In this document: positions 37,679 to 46,103 of the stretch, piece by piece
Layout of the letters: every line of letters begins with the position of its first letter
How positions within the stretch are numbered: position 1 is the first letter of the stretch
Assembly: GCA_963706735.1 (NCBI GenBank)
Contig: CAVPNQ010000072.1
Coordinates: forward strand, 4,932-68,931
Reading direction: 5' to 3'
DNA: 64,000 nt
DNA from: an uncultured Planctomycetia bacterium
GTDB taxonomy: Bacteria; Planctomycetota; MHYJ01; WSZJ01
The notes under the pieces: generated by a model
What the model was told of the DNA's origin: nothing
The model's database searches: none
What the model saw: only the letters and a program-made list of their open reading frames with translations
Translations under genes and position numbers: made by a program

Positions 37679-38530
37679 CTACTTCGACCGCACCACGAGC
37701 ATCGGCACCGTCGCCGAACGCAGCACCTTCTCCGTCACGCTTCCCATCACCCACCGCGACGGCCCGCTGCGACCGTGCGTGCTCATCGCGAGCAGGTCCA
37801 CTCCGTGACGCTTCGTCGCGTCCAGGATCTCCGAGGCGGGATCCCCGAGCCGGATGACCGGGTCCACGGGGATGCCGGCCTGCGCGAGGTCCTTCACCGC
37901 GATCCGCACCAGCGGCTCGCCTTCGCCCGCCTTGCCCTCCGAGGTGGGCTCGACCACCCCGAGCACCAGCACGCTCGCCCCGACTGCCTTCGCGAACGTC
38001 TTCACGTACGGAAGCACCGCCAGCGACTTCTCGCTGCCGTCGATCGGGACGAGGATCTTCTTGAAGGGGATTTCCTGGACCGGCGTCCGATCGGCGCCGA
38101 CGGCGCTGTCCTTGTAGGAGCGCACCATGAGAACGGGAACCTCGCTGGCCCGCATGACTTTCTCCGCGACGCTGCCGAACACGAACCGCGAGAAACCGCT
38201 GCGGCCGTGAGTCGCCATGGCGATCATGGTCGCTTTTTCCTCCTTTGCCGCGTCGAGGATCGCGGTCGCCTCGCCGCCGACCCGGACGACACCGCGGGAC
38301 TTGACTCCCTCCTTCGCGAGCTGGCGCTCGAGCGCCGCGATGTAGCGTTCGGCTTCCGCCTTGAGGTCAGACAGCAGAGGCGCGAATTCGACCCCGGGCT
38401 GAACGGGGACGGGGACCGCTTCAAAGAGGATCACGCTGGAGTCATTCAGGCGGAGCAGCCGGCAGACCTGCCCGAGGATGGCCTCTGCGATTTCCGAACC
38501 GTCGAGCGGGACGAGGATGCGTTCGAGCAT
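37679..38530 (-). CDS. Tandem universal stress protein (2x UspA domain)
   Basis: Two …ILVPLDGSE…ATHGRSG…VLRSATVPMLVV… units. Confidence 0.85.
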   Translation of the reverse strand: MLERILVPLDGSEIAEAILGQVCRLLRLNDSSVILFEAVPVPVQPGVEFAPLLSDLKAEAERYIAALERQLAKEGVKSRGVVRVGGEATAILDAAKEEKATMIAMATHGRSGFSRFVFGSVAEKVMRASEVPVLMVRSYKDSAVGADRTPVQEIPFKKILVPIDGSEKSLAVLPYVKTFAKAVGASVLVLGVVEPTSEGKAGEGEPLVRIAVKDLAQAGIPVDPVIRLGDPASEILDATKRHGVDLLAMSTHGRSGPSRWVMGSVTEKVLRSATVPMLVVRSK

Positions 38531-38727
38531 GGCTCACCTCTTGAATTGGAAGGCCGATCAGGACTCCGGTCGACGCACCTGCGCCCGGAATATACCCGCA
38601 CAAGGTGTGCCGTGGAGTCCTGCATGGAAACGCGGCCAGCGAATCACCAACAGGGGAAAATTACGCTCTTCCCGGTAGAATCTACCTCCTGATCGGGCCG
38701 GATGCGGGGATTTCCCACTCTTCAGGC

Positions 38728-38743
38728 GGCCCTGCGTTTGCGC
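38728..38743 (+). promoter_or_regulatory. Sigma54-type promoter upstream of the USP gene
   Basis: cGGCCCtgcgtTTGCg shows GG and GC at the 12-nt spacing. The -12 GC lies ~46 nt upstream of the ATG. Confidence 0.45.
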
Positions 38744-38788
38744 TTCCGTTCATCCCCCCCTTACTCTCACTCAGCCGCGGAGGGCCCC

Positions 38789-39694
38789 ATGTACCGGACC
38801 ATTCTCGTTCCCATCGACGGCTCCACCCTGTCCGAGCACGCGATTCCCTTCGCCATCGAAATCGCCCGCCGAGCCAAGGGACGCGTCAGGCTCCTGCGGG
38901 CCCTTCCAGAGTCGCTCATCGTCACGGACATCCCCGTCTCGGTCCAGGCCTCCGCCCGCAAGCTCGCCCACGCCGAGGTCGACCGGCTCGTGAAGACCTA
39001 CAACTCGGCCGAGGTTCCCGTCGAGGCCGAAGTCCGTATCGGATTCCCCCTCGAGGAAATCAATCGCGCCGCCACCAAGGCCGACCTCGTCGTCATGACC
39101 ACCCACGGCCGCGGTGGAGTCCAGAGATGGGTCATGGGAAGCGTGGCCGACAAAGTCATCCGCCTCGCCGCGACCCCGGTTCTCGTCATTCACCCGCCGC
39201 AGAAGCGGACCCGCGCGATGGCCGAGGCAGGCGCGCTCCGCATGTTCCGCGACGCCATGGTTTCCCTCGACGGTTCTCCCCTCTCCGCCCAGGCCCTCCG
39301 CGAACTCCGCCAGTTCGCCGAAGGCGGCACCCGCATCCACCTCCTTCGGGTCGTCGCCAGCGACGCTTCCCCCGCCTCGGTTGACCTCGCCGCCAACCAG
39401 CTCAAGGACGCCGCCAGTGATCTTGTCGCCCGCGGCGTGAACGTGGTGCAGGCGGTGGCGAAGAGCGACAGCCCGGCGGAGGCGATCGTGGAGTACGCGC
39501 TGCAGAAGGGCTGCGGCGTGATCGTGATGACGACGCGCGGCGCCGGGGGGATCGAGCGGTGGATGCTGGGCGGGATCACTGACAAGGTGGTCCGGCATGG
39601 TCCGACGCCGGTCCTCGTCATCCGCGCTTCGAGGGCACTCTGGAAGGGCGGCAAGCGGCCGCTCGGCGGCAGGCGGAATATCCGGGTGATCTGA
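38789..39694 (+). CDS. Tandem universal stress protein
   Basis: GGAGGG ribosome-binding site. Two UspA units (…TTHGRGG… and …TTRGAGG…). Confidence 0.85.
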   Translation: MYRTILVPIDGSTLSEHAIPFAIEIARRAKGRVRLLRALPESLIVTDIPVSVQASARKLAHAEVDRLVKTYNSAEVPVEAEVRIGFPLEEINRAATKADLVVMTTHGRGGVQRWVMGSVADKVIRLAATPVLVIHPPQKRTRAMAEAGALRMFRDAMVSLDGSPLSAQALRELRQFAEGGTRIHLLRVVASDASPASVDLAANQLKDAASDLVARGVNVVQAVAKSDSPAEAIVEYALQKGCGVIVMTTRGAGGIERWMLGGITDKVVRHGPTPVLVIRASRALWKGGKRPLGGRRNIRVI

Positions 39695-39723
39695 GCGGGG
39701 ACGGCCCACGAGAAGAGGTTGCC

Positions 39724-40560
39724 ATGCTGAAGCACATCCTGGTCCCGCTCGATGCCTCGCCGGCGGCGGAGTCGGTGATCGACCGGCTGCTGCCGCTTCT
39801 GGCTCGCGCCGGAACGGACGTCGTGCTGCTTCACGTCGCCGAACCGCCGCTGGCCGCTTCGCTCGAGCCCGGCCGTGCGGACGATGCGCGGGCCGAGGCA
39901 CAGGGATATGTGAGGGACCTGGCGAAGCGTGTTTCGGGGAAGGGAGTGCGTTGTCGCGGGATCGTGAAGCCGGCTCCGGCGGCGGAGGCGATTGTGGCGG
40001 AGGCGGCGGCGAGGCCCAACGGGATGATTGCGATGGCGACGCACGGGCGGAAGGGTCTGGCGCGGCTGGCGTACGGGAGCATTGCCGAGAGTGTGCTTCG
40101 GGCGAGTCCGGTGCCGGTGCTGCTGGTGCGGACGGCGGGGGAGCCGAAGAAGCCCGAGCCGCTCGTGATCCGGAGGATCGTCGTTCCGGTGGATGGAAGC
40201 ACGCACGCGCTGGGGATCGCGCCGCACGTCACGGAGCTTGTCACGGCGTTTCACGCGCAGGTCACGCTCGTGCACGTCCTGCCGCCCCGGCCGGCGCTGG
40301 GGGAAACGGTGGCCCATGCAGAACGAGTCATCGAGACGGCCAAGGCTGTCTTTGCGGATGCCGGAGTGACGTGCGACAGCCTGATCAGCACGGGGGATGC
40401 GGCGGAGGAGATTCTTGAAGCGGCGGCAGGGAAGAAGGCGGACCTGATCGCCTGTTCCACGCATGGACGGACCGGGATCGTGAGGGCCGTGATGGGGAGC
40501 ATCGCGGAGAATGTGTTGCGTTCGGGCAACCTGCCGATGCTGGTGGTCCGGAGCGCCTGA
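39724..40560 (+). CDS. Tandem universal stress protein
   Basis: Two UspA units (…ATHGRKG… and …STHGRTG…). Confidence 0.85.
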   Translation: MLKHILVPLDASPAAESVIDRLLPLLARAGTDVVLLHVAEPPLAASLEPGRADDARAEAQGYVRDLAKRVSGKGVRCRGIVKPAPAAEAIVAEAAARPNGMIAMATHGRKGLARLAYGSIAESVLRASPVPVLLVRTAGEPKKPEPLVIRRIVVPVDGSTHALGIAPHVTELVTAFHAQVTLVHVLPPRPALGETVAHAERVIETAKAVFADAGVTCDSLISTGDAAEEILEAAAGKKADLIACSTHGRTGIVRAVMGSIAENVLRSGNLPMLVVRSA

Positions 40561-40701
40561 GACCGCGAGCAAAATCCTCCCTGCGGCGCACGGCACGGGT
40601 CCGACCGGCGCGCGACGAGGGATTGGGCGGTGCCGAGGCTTGAGGCGCGCGCCGACCGGACCCGCGCCGCGCGTCCTCGGTCGGGTTTTGCTCGCGGTCT
40701 C
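40559..40701. repeat. Inverted repeat with 16-19-bp arms (gagaccgcgagcaaaa / ttttgctcgcggtctc) enclosing ~110 nt of GC-rich near-palindromic sequence
   Basis: Read directly. The left arm begins inside the TGA of the USP gene. Confidence 0.55.
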
Positions 40702-40785
40702 AAGGTTCCCGGTGAGCGGCTTGCGGCTTCCGGGGAGAGGTTCAGGCCTGCGCGAGCAATCTGAGCGCGTTGTAAGCGATCGAGG

Positions 40786-40827
40786 CTGCCCATGCGCTGG
40801 CCCGGACTGCCCATGCGCTGGCCCGGA
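40786..40827. repeat. Exact 21-nt tandem duplication (tgcccatgcgctggcccggac x2)
   Basis: Read directly. Confidence 0.7.
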
Positions 40828-41250
40828 CGCGGGTGCCGTCCTGCGCGACGCGCTTGAGTTCGACGGCGTCGTGGCGCAGAAGCGCCGCGAGGACCTGGGT
40901 CATCATGTCGTCCAGAGCTTCCTTGTGGTCGACGCGGAAATCGGACAGCGTGTGCGGGCAGACCGCAACCCCGCCGAGCAGCCCATCCAGCTATGTCGGC
41001 GTGAGCAGTACCTGGTTTCTCGCCGCCCGAAGAAGCTTCGCCGGCCCTTGCTTCCTCGTGCGCTCCACCGCAGGTCTCGACTCCGCTGATTCATCGAACA
41101 GATTCGCTTCTTTCACGCGCTCTGACAGGGGGGGGGATTTCCGCGGGCGAGGGGAATTGTCCGCAAAGCGGACCTCGTCATCCGCATTTCCTCGATTTCC
41201 CGAGTGGCATCCGATTCGCGACTGTTCCGTCACCCTCTGGAGACCGTGCC

Positions 41251-41805
41251 ATGAAGCTGATTGCGTTCTGCGGACCGTCGGATTCCGGCAAGACCTGGAT
41301 GATCGAGCGCCTGGTGCGGCTCTGGACCTCGCGTGGTCTCAAGGTCGGGGTCGTCAAGCACTGCTCCAAGGGCTACCAGCTGGACCGCGAGGGGAAAGAC
41401 TCGAGCCGCTTCTGGGAAGGAGGGGCCGCGGCCGTCGCGGTCGTCGGGCCCGGCGAGTGGGCGGTCCGCCGTCGCGAACCCGAGGCCGACCCGGTTCGCA
41501 TTGCCGAAGAGGCGTTTCCCGGAGTCGACGTGGCCATCGTGGAAGGATTCCGCGACGTCGCGATCCCGCGCGTCCGGGTCTTCGGGGCGAGCGAGCTGCC
41601 CTCATGCACGGACGCGGACCACGACATCATCGCCGCAGTGTCCCGCACCCCGGGTACGGCCCAGAACATTCCCATCTTCGCGCTGACCGACGCCGACGGG
41701 CTCTCGGACTTTCTCGCACACAGGCTCGGGCTGAATCTCGCCCTCTCCACGGATCCGGAGGCCGCCGTGCTGAGACACGAAAGAGCGGGCGCTCGTCCGG
41801 CTTAG
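41251..41805 (+). CDS. mobB: Molybdopterin-guanine dinucleotide biosynthesis adapter protein MobB
   Basis: P-loop GPSDSGKT, …VVKHC… and size 184 aa are typical for MobB. Confidence 0.8.
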   Translation: MKLIAFCGPSDSGKTWMIERLVRLWTSRGLKVGVVKHCSKGYQLDREGKDSSRFWEGGAAAVAVVGPGEWAVRRREPEADPVRIAEEAFPGVDVAIVEGFRDVAIPRVRVFGASELPSCTDADHDIIAAVSRTPGTAQNIPIFALTDADGLSDFLAHRLGLNLALSTDPEAAVLRHERAGARPA

Positions 41806-43436
41806 CGCAGTCCGCCGATGCCCGTCCGCGCCGCCGCGTTCTCGAGCGGAAGCGAGATCTTCACCTCGGTCCCCTTGCCCAGCTCGCTGTCGATCTCCAC
41901 CCGCCCGCCGTGCGCTTCGATCATCCTCTTCGAAATCGCCAGCCCGAGCCCCGTGCCGCGGGTCTTGGTCGTGAAGAACGGCGAGAAGAGTCGCGGAATG
42001 TGATCCGGGGCGATTCCGCTTCCGGTATCGCGGACCCGGATGACGGCCATTCCCGGGGTCTCCTTGATGTCCACGCGGATCTCGCCGCCGTGCGGCATCG
42101 CATCGACGGCATTCTGGAGGATGTTGAAGAAGACCTCCTGGACGAGCCTGGGGTCGGCCGAAAGCATGAGTGAAGCGGGTGTGTCGCAGCGAAGAGCAAT
42201 CGTGGACATCCGCTCCTGCTGCTTCAGGATCCGCGTGACCCTGCCGAGGAGCTCGACCAGGTCGGTCGTCTGCGGCTCCGGCGTCCACGGGCGTGCGAAG
42301 ACCAGCAGGTCCCGCACCGTCTCGTCGAGCCGCTGCACCTGCGCCAGGATTTCCGACACGATTTCGCGCCGCGGGTCCGTCGAGGGAATCGCGTCCGCGA
42401 TCACCTGGATCGCCCCGCTGATCCCCGCCAGCGGGTTCTTGATCTCGTGCGCCACCGTCGCCGCCAGCTCGCCCACCGCGGCCAGGCTCTGCGACCGCAC
42501 CAGGTCCGTTTGCAGCCGCTTCACCTTCGTCATGTCCCGCAGGATCGCGCTTCGGCCCACGATCTTTCCCGACTTGTCCCGGATGGCGGTGCTTGTGATG
42601 CTCATCGCCAGCCGGCGTCCGTCGCGGGAGACGCGGACCGTTTCGTAACCCTCGAGAAACCCCTCGCGTTCGACTTCCGTGCGGATGCGGCGCAACTCGC
42701 CCGCGTCGCGGAGCTCCTCCGGGATCAGCGCTTCGATCGGCTGGCCGATGATCTCGGTCGCCGGCCATCCGAACATCCGCTCGGCGCCGCGATTCCAGCT
42801 CCGGATCAGGTCGGACTGGTCCACCGTCACGATCGCGTCCGCCGAGTTCTCGAGGATGTTCTCCAGGTGCTCCTTGCTCTTGCGGAGCTCTTCGACGAGA
42901 AGCGACCGTTCGAGGGCGACAGAGATGTGTCCGGCGACGTTGCGTGTGAAAGTGGCGTGATCGGCGGTGTAGGCGTCGCGGTGGCGGGACGAGATGAAGA
43001 GCACGCCGAAGGGGTTGCCGCGGGCGATGAGGGGGAGGGAGAGGGAGGAGAGCATGCCTTCCCGGACGATGAGACGCGTGGCCTCGGAAGTGGGGTGGGC
43101 GCGGACGTAGGCGTCGAGGTCGGGGATGATGCGGGGTTCGCCGGTGCGAAGGAGCGGCTCGAGGCTGGAACCCCGGAGGCGCGCGCTGTACCCCTCGTGG
43201 AGGAGGATCGGGCCGTCGCTGCGGCAGGCGTGGATGGTGAGCGAGTCGCGCGCGGGATCGTAGACGGACACGGCCAGCCGGTTGCACGGCAGGTGGCCGC
43301 GCATCCGCGCATAGATGGAGTCGAGGATGTCCTGGAAGCCGCGGCCGGCGTTCAGGTCCTGGACGATTTCGTTGAGGATGTCGCTGCTCACGGCTCCCTG
43401 GTCAGCTATGGAGGCACTTCCGAGGAAGCAAGCCAC
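41802..43436 (-). CDS. GAF-PAS sensor histidine kinase
   Basis: N-terminal GAF-like region. PAS (…IVTVDQSDLIRSWNRGAERMFGW…). H-box VAHEIKNPL. HATPase_c N/G1/G2 boxes. Confidence 0.85.
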   Translation of the reverse strand: MACFLGSASIADQGAVSSDILNEIVQDLNAGRGFQDILDSIYARMRGHLPCNRLAVSVYDPARDSLTIHACRSDGPILLHEGYSARLRGSSLEPLLRTGEPRIIPDLDAYVRAHPTSEATRLIVREGMLSSLSLPLIARGNPFGVLFISSRHRDAYTADHATFTRNVAGHISVALERSLLVEELRKSKEHLENILENSADAIVTVDQSDLIRSWNRGAERMFGWPATEIIGQPIEALIPEELRDAGELRRIRTEVEREGFLEGYETVRVSRDGRRLAMSITSTAIRDKSGKIVGRSAILRDMTKVKRLQTDLVRSQSLAAVGELAATVAHEIKNPLAGISGAIQVIADAIPSTDPRREIVSEILAQVQRLDETVRDLLVFARPWTPEPQTTDLVELLGRVTRILKQQERMSTIALRCDTPASLMLSADPRLVQEVFFNILQNAVDAMPHGGEIRVDIKETPGMAVIRVRDTGSGIAPDHIPRLFSPFFTTKTRGTGLGLAISKRMIEAHGGRVEIDSELGKGTEVKISLPLENAAARTGIGGLR

Positions 43437-43682
43437 GGGCCGTAGCGCAAATCAGCGGGATGCGGCGTTCGTCCAGGTGCTCTGGGTCAATTCCCAACGA
43501 TTTCTGTCTAATCTCGCAGTGACCCGTGTGTCCGGGTTCCGCATTCCCCGGACTAAAGCGCATCCGGTGCGGGTTTCCGGGCATCTGTGGTAAAGATACG
43601 GTGGCAGGGGAATTGGAAGCAGCCGCAGTCAGGCGCGGTGAGGCGCGAGGATCAGTTGCCGCGCCGGGCGACGTGACAGGGC

Positions 43683-43724
43683 AAAAAAAAAGCGGAGTCG
43701 GCGCCCGCCACAGACGCCGACTCC
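43683..43724 (-). terminator. Rho-independent terminator of the oxidoreductase operon
   Basis: On the minus strand: stem ggagtcggcg, 11-nt loop, stem cgccgactcc, then T9. Begins 16 nt after the chaperone stop (43740). Confidence 0.8.
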
Positions 43725-43739
43725 TGAAGCGACCGTGGT

Positions 43740-44504
43740 CTACACACCGCAGTCGCTGCTTTCGTTTTCTTCGGGACCGTCTTCGGGCTCGGCAGCCGGT
43801 TCGGGCGGAATCGCAATCGGTTCCGCGCTGACTTCCCCCGGCGTCACTTCCAGACGGGAAGCATCAGATTGCAAAACAGAGGCCAGAAGCGCGCCCAAGG
43901 CGCGATGCAGGGTGTTAGGGGCCTTTTTCGCGAGAATTTCCCCAAACACTGGGCCCCATCGCCCAATGTGGTCCTTCAAGAACGCCCGCGCGGCCTCCAG
44001 CGTCCGTTCCGCGCCCTCCACTTCTCCACGCTCCAGCGCCACGAGCTGCTTCACCGCGAGAAAGTGCACGAATTCCAGCTCAAGCCAGGCATGGTCAGCC
44101 CGTTCTCCGGTTCCTCCGCGAACCTGCAGCCCGAACGCCCTGTAAAACGCAGTAACGTCCGCCAGGTCCTGGGTCTCCTGGAACGGATGGGCGCTGCCGT
44201 ATCGCGTCTCGTGCGGCGGGAACGTCTCGGAAATCGTGTGGCCGTACGTCGCGAGGTGCATCGACTCCATGCCCCCGTCCGTCAGCCCCTGCAGCACCGC
44301 CTTCACCTCCGCCAGTCTTCCTTTCACGCAGTCGCCAGCCTTCCCCCAGAGTTCCGCCGTGTCGGAATCAGGAAGCTCATTCCGAAGCGCTTCCGCCGTG
44401 CCAGCGCTCGGGTACGCGAAGGCGCGAGCAAGGAACCGGTAATACCCGGCGCGAACGAACGCAAGTTCCGAGTCCATCGTCAGTTCCGGAAGAGTGGCTG
44501 GCAT
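43740..44504 (-). CDS. TorD/NarJ-family redox-enzyme maturation chaperone with extended acidic C-terminus
   Basis: Start at MPATLPEL. …YRFLARAFAYP…LEFVHFLAV… matches the TorD/NarJ delta-subunit pattern. Lies 10 nt downstream of the beta subunit. Confidence 0.75.
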   Translation of the reverse strand: MPATLPELTMDSELAFVRAGYYRFLARAFAYPSAGTAEALRNELPDSDTAELWGKAGDCVKGRLAEVKAVLQGLTDGGMESMHLATYGHTISETFPPHETRYGSAHPFQETQDLADVTAFYRAFGLQVRGGTGERADHAWLELEFVHFLAVKQLVALERGEVEGAERTLEAARAFLKDHIGRWGPVFGEILAKKAPNTLHRALGALLASVLQSDASRLEVTPGEVSAEPIAIPPEPAAEPEDGPEENESSDCGV

Positions 44505-44514
44505 CCGTGTTCCC

Positions 44515-45789
44515 CTAGATGGAGTTGGCGTGCTTGTCGGGCCGGATGTGGAATGGCTCCTCAACTGCCGTCCGGAACAGCTCCTGCCGGTCCTTCCCGA
44601 AGGCGATAATCGTGTCGTTGAAGAGCTCAAATTTCTTCCCGCGGATGGTCGTTTCGAAGCGCTTCTCTCCCGGTTCGATCTCGTAGCTGTAGATGATCCG
44701 CTGGTCTTTGCGGAAGAGCTGGAGGACAGCGAGGAGTTCGCGGTTGGGGATGGTGTAGTTCTCGATCGCGTCGTCGACGCCCGGCCCGAACATCTGCTTC
44801 AGGTACTCGCGAGGAACCCACCGCGGCGGGATGTAGAAACCGTTGGGCTCCGTCCCGAACTGCGGGTAGAGCGGCAGGGCGACTTTTGCCACCTTGACGA
44901 GGTGGTAGAGAGGGCTCTTCTTGTTTTCCGTCCACGACCCGTCCTTCTCGACCTTCACGAGTCCCTGCAGGCGGATCTGGCCGACGCAGCTCGTCATGCA
45001 CCGCGTTTCCATCGGCACGCCGCCGCACTGGGGGTCCTTGCCCTCGATGCGCGGGAAGCAGGCCACGCACTTTTCCGAAGTCCGCGTCGAAGGCCGGTAC
45101 ATCGCCTTCTTGTAAGGGCACGCTTCGACGCACCGGCGGTACCCGCGGCAGCGTTCCTGGTCGATGAGCACGATCCCGTCTTCGGGACGCTTGTAGATCG
45201 CCTTGCGCGGACATGCCGCGAGGCAGCCGGGATAGGTGCAGTGGTTGCAGATGCGCTGGAGGTAGAAGAACCAGGTCTTGTGTTCGGGGAGCGAGGCGCC
45301 GTCCCTGGAGAGGCCGAACGGACCGCCCTCGTAGGGGGTCGCGTTGTCTTCGAAGATGTTCGGGGCGGTCCACTCGGACTCGGTGGGGAGGTACCCGAGG
45401 ACGCGCTGCTGCGAATCGGGATTCAGCGCCTTCTTTGCCGCTTCGAAGATCGTCATGCCCTTGTACTGGCCGTAGACGGCCCTGTCCGACTTCTTGCCCG
45501 CCCAAGCCATTTCCTCGCCGGCGCGGGCATGAGCCTGATCGAGGAGCTGGAGGATTTTCGAATCCCAGTTCTGCGGGTAGCCGCCGTAGGGTTTTGTCTC
45601 GACGTTGTTCCACCACATGAGTTCCTGGCCCTTGGAAAACGTCCAGGTGGACTTGCAGCTCATGGTGCACGTCTGGCACGCGATGCAGCGGTTCGTGTTG
45701 AACACGAACGCAAACTGGTGATCGGGGTGGTGCTCCTCGTACGGGTATTCCATCTGCCGCCCGAGTTGCCAGTTATAGACCTGGGACAT
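44515..45789 (-). CDS. Fe-S beta subunit of a type II DMSO-reductase-family enzyme (NarH/NxrB-like, 424 aa)
   Basis: MSQVYNWQLGRQMEYPYEE…FVFNTNRCIACQTCTMSCKSTW…WWNNVETKPYGGYP is the NarH/NxrB N-terminal signature. Multiple Cys ferredoxin motifs. The 424-aa length matches Nitrospira/anammox-type NxrB rather than the 512-aa NarH. Confidence 0.9.
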   Translation of the reverse strand: MSQVYNWQLGRQMEYPYEEHHPDHQFAFVFNTNRCIACQTCTMSCKSTWTFSKGQELMWWNNVETKPYGGYPQNWDSKILQLLDQAHARAGEEMAWAGKKSDRAVYGQYKGMTIFEAAKKALNPDSQQRVLGYLPTESEWTAPNIFEDNATPYEGGPFGLSRDGASLPEHKTWFFYLQRICNHCTYPGCLAACPRKAIYKRPEDGIVLIDQERCRGYRRCVEACPYKKAMYRPSTRTSEKCVACFPRIEGKDPQCGGVPMETRCMTSCVGQIRLQGLVKVEKDGSWTENKKSPLYHLVKVAKVALPLYPQFGTEPNGFYIPPRWVPREYLKQMFGPGVDDAIENYTIPNRELLAVLQLFRKDQRIIYSYEIEPGEKRFETTIRGKKFELFNDTIIAFGKDRQELFRTAVEEPFHIRPDKHANSI

Positions 45790-45802
45790 GCGTGAAGCCT
45801 CC

Positions 45803-46075
45803 TTAGTTGCCCGCCTGCGGAGACGGGCTCCACTCGCGGAGCACGTCGTCGATCACCCGTTCCACGAACTGTTGACCGTGCTGGGCCCAGACCCTGTGGG
45901 TGCCGGCGTAGAACGGGTCCTTGAAGAGCCGCACGAGGCGCTCCCTGTCGAACCCGTTCAGCAGGAACTCCTCGACGACCGCGCGGGTCATGTCTTCGTC
46001 CGCCTGCGGCCCGGCCGGGATCGCCATACCGACGAACTCCAGCGGGTCGTCCTGTTCGCTTTCTTTTTCCGGCAT
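45803..46075 (-). CDS. Small acidic hypothetical protein (90 aa) encoded between the alpha and beta subunits
   Basis: ORF with normal composition (MPEKESEQDDPLEFVGMAIPAG…FLLNGFDRERLVRLFKDPFY…). Tight 14-nt and 28-nt spacing to its neighbours. Confidence 0.5.
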   Translation of the reverse strand: MPEKESEQDDPLEFVGMAIPAGPQADEDMTRAVVEEFLLNGFDRERLVRLFKDPFYAGTHRVWAQHGQQFVERVIDDVLREWSPSPQAGN

Positions 46076-46103
46076 CGTTTCCTCCTGGTCCCGGGACGGT
46101 CGT

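Noticed and set aside
43590-43610. TGGCAGGGGAATTGGAAG as a sigma54 promoter upstream of the nxr terminator region
   Set aside because: The GG to GC spacing is wrong: the dinucleotide at the -12 position is GG, not GC.
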